Assembly (NCBI GenBank): GCA_003971905.1
Contig: RSEE01000001.1
Span: 1,736,001-1,761,035, forward strand
DNA: 25,035 nt
Reading direction: 5' to 3'
DNA from: Moniliella sp. 'wahieum'
Taxonomy: Eukaryota
This document shows, piece by piece, positions 1-11,385 of this stretch. The stretch's first letter is position 1, and every line of letters starts with the position of its first letter. Below the pieces are notes generated by a model. It saw only the letters and a list, made by a program, of their open reading frames with translations, did not search any database and was not told the origin of the DNA. Made by a program: the position numbers and the translations under genes.

Positions 1-109
1 AAGACGGCGGTGCGCTGGTGCCGCGCGGCGACTGGGGCTGTGCCGCCGACCCCTCGGGCCGCGCGGTGCAGATCACGAGCAGGCATACGAGGAGGGCAAG
101 AAGGCGTAG
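1..109 (+). CDS. Possible 3' end of an upstream gene (partial, product unknown)
   Basis: GC-rich coding-like reading DGGALVPRGDWGCAADPSGRAVQI, then with one frameshift EQAYEEGKKA-TAG(107-109), followed by UTR-like sequence. No recognisable motif. Confidence 0.3.
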   Translation, partial: RRRCAGAARRLGLCRRPLGPRGADHEQAYEEGKKA

Positions 110-402
110 ATCCGCATCTAGTTTTCTCCGATCGCTCGCCCTGTCCGGTCGCAATGTAATGCTGAATGGCGGCACAAGCCAGCCCAACTAGACACATCTG
201 CTGCTATAGCCACTTCGCTTGAATAATCGAAGTCACCTACAACGCCATAGAGAAGAAGACGCGGCAGAAGGGCGGAATGGGCGGAACGAGGATGGGTTCT
301 TCTAATGAGGCCTGAGGCCAGTGGCCACCGGCAGCCAGTCTCGCTCCCTTGCCTGCGTCTGTCCCTCTATCCCTCCACCACCGCCCCTGCCACTCGCCCG
401 CC

Positions 403-832
403 ATGGTCAGCCTCGGATCCTTCACCGGCAGCAGCAGCGCCAGCAGCGACGCAAAGCCCTCTCTGCCCAGCAGAAGGAGACCATCAAGGCGCAGGTCTCT
501 GCCGAGCTTGCCATGGCCAACGCCCAAGAACTCATCGAAAAGGCCACGTACGTCCGCTTTCCTCTCCCTCGTCTGGCCACGCCCTGCCTGCCTCTGCCCC
601 CCCTCCTGTCGCCCGCCCTTCGATCTGTGTGGCTAACCGGTTCCCCTGTGCGCGCTCTAGGCACAAGTGCTACGACAAGTGCGTCACTGCTCCTTCCACC
701 TCGCTCAGCAGCAAGGAGGAGACCTGTCTCTCCCGCTGCCTCGAGCGCTACTTTGAGGCGTTCAACATTGTTTCCTCTACCTACATCCGCCGTGTGGCTG
801 CAGAGCGCGCAGAGGTGGCCCAGACGCTTTAA
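403..832 (+). CDS. TIM13: Mitochondrial intermembrane-space small Tim chaperone Tim13 (twin CX3C); intron 548-660
   Basis: ATG at 403 (MVSLGSF...), one apparent 1-nt frameshift, then QKETIKAQVSAELAMANAQELIEKAT. Intron GTACGT(548)...GCTAAC(~632)...TAG(660). Exon 2 HKCYDKCVTAPSTSLSSKEETCLSRCLERYFEAFNIVSSTY carries CX3C...CX3C; TAA at 830-832. Confidence 0.9.
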
Positions 833-2143
833 GCGCTTCTATCCCACCTCCCAAGCTGTGCCAATCGATCCACATTGCTTGACCCCCTCCCCACTTCTTC
901 CATAGACTCGCAACCGAGGCATCGCGTATCACCAGACATGCGGGACCAACGCACAGCATCGCCTCTAGCAGCCTCAACCCGCACCTCACCAATTCCTGGG
1001 ATCGGGGATCTATGCGTACCCCCGCTTTTGGTGCGGCGGGGCAGATGGTCCTTTGCTCGCGCCTCCATTCACCGCCGAGAAGAGACAACCGTTTCCACGC
1101 TCTAGTCCCGATACGAAAAGGGCAACGCTTAGGGTAGCAGAGGAGAGATGGAGGAACGGTGCACACAGTTGTTCACGTTTGATAAACCCCGATCTGGGTG
1201 CACTGTACGCCTGCTCTGTTGAAAACATGGCAAGCATCAATTGGTACCTGCCAGGAGCCTGTGGGCCCCAGAGCAGCTCGCCCTGCTCCGGCACTCATGT
1301 CCAGCGGTGGAAGCAGTTGTCTTTTCTTGTATGCAGGTAGGGTGGACTGCATCGAAAGGGAAAACGTGGAATAGGTCGAACGCAGGCACAGGGGACAGGT
1401 GCAGAAGATAGTGTGCTTACCTGTTGTCCCCACCTTCCCGCATCAGCTTCAGTCCGTCTCAAAAGGGCACCCTCCCGTGGTCCGTCGCCATGAAAAAGAG
1501 AAGCGGTGGAACCCCCCACAGATTGGAACGCTGAGCTCAGTGAGCGCTGCGCGATAACGCTCATCGATCCTCTCACCTGGAATGTCGCATGTCGTCTGTG
1601 TCGTCTGTCCCACGGTCGAGCGAGCACGGTTGATGTGGGCTGGGTCGGCCAACGCACAGCATCATCCAACCGTCCCGTGGGACGGGGGTGGCGGGAGCCA
1701 GAGCGGAAGCGCTGCGCGTGGACACTCCGAGTCGGAGGAGGCCAAGGCTGGCCAAGGCGGAGCGGCGAGCAGAGCAGCGAGTGGGTGTGGCCGGCATTGA
1801 AAGTTTGTAGTCGTGGGCGGTGGAACGTGGAACGTGGGGCTTGGCGGCTCGTAACGCGCGCCTTGGCTTGAAATGGAGGTGGAAGCTTGAGCTTGCTGCC
1901 CCACGCCTCCCACGGCTGCTATCCAGCAGACTCAGTACTCAGTTGCTCAGGCCAGCCGCCTGGCCAGCCGCCAGGCACAGACACCGGCACAGGCCCAGTC
2001 ACTAGTCCTATTGACTAGACGCTGTCCCTCTAGTCAAGTAGCTGCCCAAAGTCCCCTCCCGCCGCCCGCCCCCATTCCTTTTCGCTTCCCTTGCTTGTCC
2101 GTTCGGCCTTCTTCCTTCGCCCCCCTGCGCCCTCGCCACCGCC

Positions 2144-3083
2144 ATGTCTGCCCCCGCGTCCCCGAGTCCATCAACGCCCAGGTCGAGGCGCTGCTCAAGG
2201 AACCGTCGATCGCCGACCCCAGCGCCCACCCGCTCCCCCCGCTCCCGCCCAAGCCCCTGGACCCCACCCAGGTGGCCAAGATCATCGACCACACCTTGCT
2301 CGCTCCCGCCGCGACCGATGCGCAGGTGATCCAGGTGTGCGAGGCCGCTACCAAGCTCGGCACGGCGACCGTGTGTGTGAATAGCAGCATGGTGCCCGTG
2401 GCTGCAGCTGCGTTGGCTCGGCTGGGGGGCACCGTGCCTCCCATCTCGGTTATCGCCTTCCCCTTTGGCGCGTCCAGTACCCAGGCCAAGGTTGCCGAGA
2501 CAAAGCAGGCAATTGTCGATGGGGCAGCCGAAATTGACATGGTATATCTTCCCCTTTCCCGGTGGCTGTAGTGGGTGTGGGGTGGCATGAGCGGCAACTA
2601 ACTTACCCCTCCCCTTCCCTTTCCGCTTCCCCGTTGGTCCTGTGATGTGCGAATGTAGGTGCAGAATCAAGTCTCGTCAAGAACGGTCAGTACGACCTCT
2701 TGTTCCAGGACGTGAAGGCCGTGGTGCAAGCTGCCGCCCCGGTTCCCGTCAAGGTCATTCTCGAGACGGCCGCTCTGACGTACCAGGAGATTGCTGCTTC
2801 TGCTCTGGTCGCTACGCTGGCCGGCGCCGCTTTCTTAAAACGTCGACGGGTACGGCCCAGGTGGGGCGACGCCCGAGGCCATTCGTTGCTTCGCTATGTG
2901 GCCGACCGGTTTGGTGAGGGAAAGACCCAGGTCAAAGCGTCGGGCGGCATTCGTTCGTGGGAAACGTGTCAGCTGATGGTGGCCAATGGGGCGGATCGGA
3001 TTGGTGCGTCGGGAACCCAAGCCATTCTTGATGCTGCACTTGGCACTTCAGCAGCCAACGAAACTGCCGAGGCAGGCTACTGA
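2144..3083 (+). CDS. DERA: Deoxyribose-phosphate aldolase (DERA/DeoC, class I aldolase); intron 2542-2658
   Basis: DeoC motifs IIDHTLL, TVCVN, VIAFPFGAS, GAAEIDMV, VKVILET, FLKTSTG (Schiff-base Lys, in a shifted frame), VKASGGIRS, GADRIGAS. Intron GTATAT(2542)...CTAAC...TAG(2658). Several 1-nt frameshifts. Confidence 0.92.
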
Positions 3084-3240
3084 GCCTGGGACCTCGATCC
3101 ATCTACTTTATCTCGCAATGGGTATTATGTCCTGACTACGGAACTGACCGAATGGGCTGGGACTAGTCAGCCAGAAGAAGGTGAGACTGGGAAATAGAGT
3201 AGATCACAAGTATGCTCCTACCTCCATCATGTGAAGATGT

Positions 3241-4768
3241 TTAGGCGGAAGGAAGAGCCAGCTCAGCTTGGGCCACCTTTGTTGCGGAAGGGTCGATTGC
3301 ACCAGACGCCTCTTTGGCAGGTTCCACCGCGACCAGAGGGGCCAAAGGCGAGGAGGGCAAGACCCAGACCTTGACTGTCCCATCATCGGCACATGTGGCC
3401 AGCATGTCGGATGCCTGCACCGTACCCGATCCCGGCAGCATTGTCTCGTCCTCCTCCGATTCATCCTCCAACCGGCCCGCCAAACCGGCTGCTTTCCTCT
3501 TGTTTGCCGCCACATCCGGCCCCCACGTAACACAGTTGACATCCGACAGACCATGAGCGGCCGGGACGCGAGCGAGGGCCGTCACAGTGGGCACGACCGA
3601 TTTGGCCAGATCCGCGCCTCCGTCTGAGCAAAAGAGGCAACAAAAACAAAGAAAACAAACAGATGGAAACCCAAGTGAAGTGTGTCAGATCCCGCCCTTG
3701 TGCACCCAGAGCGTCTCTCGGTACTTACCACTTGGTACACCACGATATTGCCGTCAGAGCCGGTCGAAGCAAGGAGACCCCTATCTTTGCTACCCAGATG
3801 CCCGGTCGAGCTCCACGAAACCGAGAGGATGGCACGGGTGTGCCAGCCGCGGAGGACGTTGGTGCACTGCCAGCGTTGGTTGGATGGCAACCCTTGGAGC
3901 TGGGCTTGATGCTCGGTGAGTCGGCGCCAAATGCGCACAGTGCGGTCATCGAGGCAGATGCGAGAAAAGTGCCGTCAGGGGAGAAGGAGAGGGACCAGAC
4001 TGTAGACGTGTGTCCAACCAAGGTCTGGACAACAAACCAATCGTCACTAGGATCATCCGCATACAACTTGATCGTGTCATCGTAGCTTGCCGAAGCCAAG
4101 AGCTCTTCGCGCGGATGCCAGGCGACGGCTTTGACATCTTGCGAGTGCTCCATCAAGACCGACAAACATCAAACTCCGAGTCCGGCTGAGTCTCCCACAC
4201 CCACACACTCTTGTCCCGCGAACAGGACGCCAGCAGCGTTCCATCATGAGAAAATGCCACGCCTTTCACTTCACTATCGTGTCCCTCCAACGTGCCAATA
4301 CACTCCCATTCGCCCAGGCCCGTCGCATGGCTCCGCTCCGTCTCCCCTTCCTCGTACTCTTCCAGCGGCTCCCACACGCCAATCGTTGAATCAAACGAAG
4401 CAGTGGCCAATACCTGGCCATCGGGCGTCCAGGCCAGCGCACGTACCGTCCGCCATGGCCCGTGTCGAGGGTAGTCTGCGTTTGGAACACCGCACCTGCG
4501 CCTGTCCCGTTCTGCATGCGGTAGCGATGCAGGCGCACATTCTTATCCGCCGAGCACGAGGCCAAAATGGGCTCGACTGGGTTCCACGCCAGGCCCCAGG
4601 CGCGGTCCAGATGGCCTGGCCGAATGCGTCGCGTCAGTCACTGGTCGCCGCGCGGCACGCGCGCGCACAGAGGGGAAGGGAGGCAGGCGCCAACGTACCT
4701 TCCAGCTCGGCGAGGAGGACGAGGCGCGGGAGAGGGTCGGTTGGTGCTTGCTTGTGCGCAGCGATCAT
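3241..4768 (-). CDS. CIA1: Cytosolic iron-sulfur assembly WD40 protein Cia1 (CIAO1); introns 4616-4698 and 3624-3728
   Basis: Spliced N-terminus [36 protein letters not shown]. Cia1-typical repeats [111 protein letters not shown]. Minus-strand donors GTACGT and GTAAGT, acceptors CAG. Multiple 1-nt frameshifts. Confidence 0.92.
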
Positions 4769-5006
4769 CGTTGGAGCAGTGGCTGTGGCGGTGGGGAAAT
4801 TGCGATCGTCAACGCCGTCTGCCGGAAGGCCGCGAAAAAGGTGGAGTGAGGCTCGGATTTAAACTCCGGTCTGGTCCGTTTCTGCCGCCGGCAGCTGACA
4901 ATCGAGAAGGTCTGAGATCGGAGCAACCCAGATCCCGAGATCCCCACTACCACCCCCCCCCCACCCACCCCCCCCCCCGCGCGCAACCACGACGCCTCCG
5001 CCGACC
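4769..5006. promoter_or_regulatory. Short divergent intergenic region (probable bidirectional promoter) between CIA1 and the Aim32-ferredoxin gene
   Basis: Only 238 bp separate the two outward-facing ATGs (4768 minus, 5007 plus). Contains a TTTAAA box at ~4858 and a poly-C tract before ATG 5007. Confidence 0.5.
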
Positions 5007-6723
5007 ATGGCGTCCCGCTCCCTCGCCCCGCTCCTCTTGCCACTGGCGCGGACGGGGGCGCGGACGGCCCCCGTGCTCCCTGCGCCCATCTGCCTTGGGC
5101 GGCCCGCCGGCCGACGCGGCCGGTCGGCTGCGCATCGCCGGCGCTCCCCACGCCTCGCGCCGCTGCCTCTCCACGTCGCCAAGCGTGTGCTGGTTGTGGG
5201 TCTGGGTCGGTTCCTGTGGATGTGGTGGCGGAACGCCTCTGCCGTACGACCCGACTCCAGCACTGGACGCCCAAGGCGCCATCCCCATCATGCCCTACGA
5301 CCAAGCGCCCCTCCCGGCCTCTGCCCCCGAATACAAGGCCACATTATCATCCATCCCTCTTCGCGCCCACGGCCGGTCAACTCGTGGCCGTCGACATTGG
5401 AGAGTATCTCCCCGCTTGTCTCGGAACTTTCTTCTCGGTCCAAAGCGGGTGGGTCGCTGGAAGGGTACGGAATTAGCTTTGCCGATGGCGAGCTGTCCTA
5501 CCCCGGCGCTCCGCGCAGCGATCCCTGGTTCACCATCGTCTTTCCCTGACTGGGACCCTCATCGCAACAAACTGCTGCGTCCCCTTCCCGGTGATGTGGG
5601 CGAGCGAGAAGAGTTTCTATGCATATTTACACACCGGGCAAGATGGCCACGCTTGGGCCCCTCTCCCTCGACACGGTCGACGAGGGTGCTCCCTTGGCCG
5701 AGCGTATCGTCAGCGCCCTTGCATCGGTCCCGGTCCAGACGGCCCGTTCCAATCCAGGGACAAGGCGCACATTTATGTTTGCGCGCACGGGATGCGCGAC
5801 TGTCGCTGTGGCGTTGTGGGAGGCACGTTGATTGACACGTTGCGCAAGTCGTTTTACGAGGAAAATCTGCGCGCAGAAGGCAAGTTGAAAGACACGCGCA
5901 TCTACGCCATCTCCCACATTGGCGGACACAAGTGGGCGGCGAATGGGTTGGTGTACCCGCACGGCGACTGGTACGGCAACTTGCGCCCTATGGATGCTGG
6001 CCTGCTGTTGCGCGCCGCTCAAGCCCCATCAACTTCCCGCTACGACTTGTCGGATGAGCGGGAAAAAATGGTGCATTGGCCTCGCTGGCGTGGCCGCTTG
6101 GGTCTGGACCAGAAAGAAATGTCCAACTGTATGAGATTTGGGGGCCACCGCTCACCCTCGCTGCCACGTTGACTCCCGCTCGGCGAGTTAAGAGGGCCTC
6201 GCCTCTGCCTCTCCGTCTGAGGCAGAGAAAAACGCCACGTCCGAGGCAGAGGCAAACGCCAAAGCAGCCACGGCGCCTCTGGAACCCGTCCCTTCTGCCG
6301 AGGAGCAGACTGCTACGGCAACGACGAGCACCAGCGCCCAAGAGGAGCCGTCGGTCACATTGAGTTCCGCTCCTTTGACGGGACGTGGTTTGATGTTCCG
6401 GCGCAACTAGGGAGAAGTGATGCAGGTGGCGAAGCGGAATGCGTTGCCTTCGATCGAGGCCACCTGCGGCGGGCAACTGGAGTGTGCAACGTGCCATGCT
6501 ACCTTGCGCAACCACTGACTGGCCCACGGCGCGCGCGGGGGAGAGTGACACGACGACCGTCGCCGGAGGAGGCGGTGTGCCACCGCCATCGGAGGCCGAG
6601 GAGGACATGCTGGACTATGCCATGGGCCGAGAAGCGGCGTCGCGGCTGACGTGCCAGCTGACGGTGACGCCCCCTTGGTGAAGTGGATGCGGAAGGCGGG
6701 CGATCCAGCTGCCGCGGTTCTGA
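5007..6723 (+). CDS. Aim32/Apd1-family (sucrase/ferredoxin-like, thioredoxin-like [2Fe-2S]) protein with a C-terminal adrenodoxin/Yah1-type [2Fe-2S] ferredoxin domain; probable mitochondrial presequence
   Basis: N-terminus MASRSLAPLLLPLARTGAR is Arg/Ala/Leu-rich with no acidic residues. HIYVCAHGMRDCRCG (C-X8-C) and ISHIGGHKWAANGLVYPHGDWYG (H-X3-H) match the Aim32/Apd1 ligand set. An Ala/Glu/Thr-rich linker follows, then EFRSFDG...MQVAKRNALPSIEATCGGQLECATCH...EEDMLDYA...SRLTCQL...IQLPRF-TGA(6721-6723), the adrenodoxin signature. Requires joining several 1-nt frameshifts. Confidence 0.8.
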
Positions 6724-7389
6724 TCTTGCTCCTCCCCTGAGCTTGGTCGCCTCACCCCCCCCCCCCCAACCAACCAAAAGGGCCATGGGCCATTGCCCCA
6801 CGTTACCACTCATATGCCTGCTTTTGTTATTGCTCCATCTGACCGTAGCCGATCGATGGCGCGCTCAGTGCCTCTCTGGGTGCAGTCCAGCATGCTACCC
6901 GTGCCCCCACACTCGGTACGCTCTGTACACATCCAGGACATTCGTAGGAGCTCTCTCCGCCGTCAATGGAGGGCGAAAAACCCTCATGTAGAAGGCTAGC
7001 CCACCACCATACCTACCGCCACATCTTGCGGCAACCCCCAACGAAGGACCCAGCCGGATCCATCCCGCTCGGAGCGCCCGCCTGCGCGTCCGACGGGAAC
7101 GGAGCCGAGAAAGAGAGGACAGGCATCGGGCCAGATGGACGCCGGCGTAGGCAACCGTCGTCAGGGGGAATGAATTAGGAACCAAGCGGCGAGTTGAAAG
7201 TGGCATATGCAAGCCACGTGGTCCCGCTGCGCTGGGCCGCTGCAATTGGTTGGATGCGATGTGCCCACGGCCTCTGCCCCACCGCTACCACCAGCGCCTG
7301 CTCGCCCCTGCCCGCCCGCCTGCTTGCCCCTGCTCCCTCTCGCCCCTCCTCCCGCCCCCTTCCAGTGCCTCCCCACACCTCTCTGCCAC

Positions 7390-8520
<1,131 letters not shown>

Positions 8521-9299
8521 TGAGCAGCGTCTTTTTTTCTATTTCACGATGATGATCATCCCGCATTCCATGGACCCCTCCGCTGGACAAGTGACTATGG
8601 CACGTGCAAATCGAAAACGAGACGAATGTGTTGGATCTGCCGCAGCGATCGGCAGCTGGGGAAGCTAGACGGTAGTCCCCCACAGCTCGCAGCCGGGATG
8701 CGAGAATAGGTGTAGATGGCACGGCAGCAAGCGATGCAATGGGAGGGCGCGAACGACGGAGGCGGACGACGGACCCGGTCCCCACGCCCGTTGAACGTTG
8801 ATGTTGGTGGGCGTCGGGGGGCGCCGATGGGTCGCCGCGAGGTGGAGGGACGGTCTGTTCTGCTGGAGACGCTGCTGGGGCTGACATCAAGCGTCAGGCG
8901 CCAGGGGCCGGCGGGTGGGGGGGCGGGCAGAACGGTAGGTCGGGGTAGGTCCCAAATCAGCCGAGGCGCCTCGGGTGCATCACCGGCATCACCAGCCGCA
9001 TCACCACGCCCCCGTGCGACAGTCCTCCCGTGCGGGTGATTCGGCGGGGGATGCACTGGGAAAGTGAAAGCCTCTGCCCGCACGCGGCCTGTGTGCGCAT
9101 CCCCTGGTGGGTGCGGTGCCTAGCAGCCTATACCCGCACTGGCGCCGTGCCCTGTGCAACCCGCCGCCAGTAGAACGTCGTCGCAACGCCCATGGATCCA
9201 AACCAACCAGCAGCACCTGCGCCCCGCGCGCCCCGCCTGTCCGCTGCCACCACCCCGCCTCGGCTGCCGTGCTCGCTGTGCTTGGCATCGCGCTCTTCC

Positions 9300-10181
9300 A
9301 TGTCGGTCAAGTACGTCCCTTCTCCCGCCCCCCGCCCCCTACTCACCTGCTCCGTCGCCGCCTCCCCCCCCCCACAGACTCTCCCCCGGAGCAACTCAAC
9401 TTTGGCCGCCCACTCACCAAGCTGGGCACCCGCCCGCTCGAGATCACCAATCCCAACTCCTACCCCCTCGCGTTTAAGATCAAGACCACCTCCCCCCAGC
9501 TCTACTGCGTCAAGCCCAATGCCGGCCGCGTCGAAGCTGGGAAGACGACGGTGGTGCAGGTGATGCACCAGCCCTTGTCCTCTGAACCGGCCGCCGACGC
9601 CAAATGCGCCGACAAGTTTCTGATCCAGACGGCGCAGATTCCGGCATCGTTAGCCTCGGTCGCCCCGATGGACTTTTGGACCGTGGTGGAGAAACAGGAC
9701 AAGGGCTCGATTCACCAGCACAAACTCCGCGTTCACTACTTGCCCCCGCCGGCCTCCGTTGCGGCTACCCCCAAGACTCCTTCAACACCCAAGACGCCCG
9801 CGAGTGCCAGGGCGGTGTTGAAGGAGGCACCGCCGGCCGCTCCAGCTACCCCATCCAAGCTTCAAACTGGACTCGACACGATGCGGGGCCACATGGCCCG
9901 GATGCCCCGTGTACCCCCGCTCTTGATTTTCTTGCTCATCTTCCTGGTTGTTGGACTGGGAGTGGCGGTAGGCCTGACGATCTACTTTGACCTCATTAAT
10001 CTGTGCGTTGAGCATGACTCGTTGTGCTGGACAGGGGAGGATGGGTCCCGCAGGCTGACCTTCTCTTTATGTGTGCAGATTTTGGTCCAAGGTGGAACCG
10101 AACCGGTACCTCGATTGCCATGCTCGCTTCGCCGTGTGTGTGTGCAGCAGCTGTTTCCGTATAGGAACATGCCCCCCATGA
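9300..10181 (+). CDS. VAP/Scs2-like MSP-domain membrane protein; introns 9311-9377 and probably 10003-10078 (3' end uncertain)
   Basis: ATGTCGGTCAA/GTACGT micro-exon. MSP motif LEITNPNSYPLAFKIKTTSPQLYCVKPNAGRV, then KCADKFLIQ and HKLRVHY, a Pro/Thr/Ala linker and the hydrophobic segment LLIFLLIFLVVGLGVAVGLTIYF. Second intron GTGCGT...GCTGAC...CAG leads to TGA at 10179-10181. Confidence 0.85.
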
Positions 10182-11247
10182 GCCTTTTTAATCCGTCCAT
10201 TATATGGCCCACGTCTCTGGGCGTGCTCTCCGATCTCACAGAAGAACCGGGGTGGCTATTATCTTGCTTGTGTGTAGTGCCCTATGGGGCACTGCTAGAG
10301 ATTGCGCTTTCTTTTCTACCATGCAAATTTTTTATGGCCTCCTATGCAAGTGGGAATCCACATCCTTTTGTGTCTACACCGCCGTAGCGCCGATTTACCA
10401 AAACCTGTTAGAACCAATACAAGGAAACCTTGGAGCGGGGGAAGGGAGGGGTTTTATGAAGAAAGAAGAACTGATGCATATGGCGGGGCGTGGGAACCCC
10501 GACAGGGCAAAACGGCCCGCACCAAGTACACGCCAGAAGAGGAGAAGGCGTTACTCCATGAAGGGAGAACTCTGTTATTTGCTCCGCCGTGACGGTTTTT
10601 ATCGTTTATCAACGATGAGTGTGCAAGAGGCGCAGCCCATCTCCATTCTCCAATGCATTGGAAAGACTAAGGAACCATGCCCGTAATCAAAGGTGAAATG
10701 ATGCTCTGGACGATGGGAGGCCATTAGGTGCGCGCCTTGAAGCTTTGTCGGCACAACAAGAGCATCAACAAACACCTGCTCCGCCTTGGACAACTCGACT
10801 TTCTGCGCGTTCTGAGAGCGCTTTAGACCGCGTTCCTGGCTTTTTTGCAAGAACCACAGCTAACAGAGACAGTGCTAACACAGGGATGTGTTGGTACAAC
10901 AGATTAGATTAGCGATGCCAGACAGCCAGGTAAATTTGCCCGACAGTCTTTCCGAGTGATCCATGTAAGAACAGCGAAGGTGGACCGGCGGTGAGTGCGC
11001 TGCTGTGAAACCAGTGTTGCAGGGGCACAGTAAACCTGGAGTCCTTCTTCCATTATGCATCATGCACGCACGCTACGGGACGGGCAAAAAGCTGCAGGTA
11101 CCAACTCCAAGAGCTCCTTTGGCGGCGTCGCCTCAGCATCCGTCCCCTGTCTTTCCTCTCTGGTCCTTCGAAACCGACAATCGACTCGCGGGCACTACGG
11201 GTGAGGTTCAAGATGCCTCAAAAAGGTGGAGGGCAACATAAGAAAGC

Positions 11248-11286
11248 GCCATGTTACAGAGCCATGTTACAGAACCATGTTACAGA
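11248..11286. repeat. 13-bp tandem repeat x3 (RCCATGTTACAGA)
   Basis: Copies at 11248, 11261 and 11274. Confidence 0.9.
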
Positions 11287-11319
11287 GGGGGGAACACAAT
11301 CGGCGGGGGGCCGAGCTCA

Positions 11320-11385
11320 TACGATCCTCTTGTCTCCTTCCTTCCCTAGGTTTACGATCCTCTTGTCTCCTTCCTTCCCTAGGTT
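11320..11385. repeat. Perfect 33-bp tandem duplication (TACGATCCTCTTGTCTCCTTCCTTCCCTAGGTT)x2
   Basis: Copies at 11320-11352 and 11353-11385. Confidence 0.92.

Noticed and set aside
1290..1300. In-frame TGA between two minus-strand ORFs as selenocysteine/readthrough
   Set aside because: No homology or SECIS evidence, and Sec machinery is not known from Dikarya.
4567..5835. 422-aa ORF and other long GC-rich alternative-frame ORFs (e.g. 4131-4862, 2008-2670, 5988-6608)
   Set aside because: Shadow or chimeric frames overlapping recognisable genes; long open frames are expected at this GC content.
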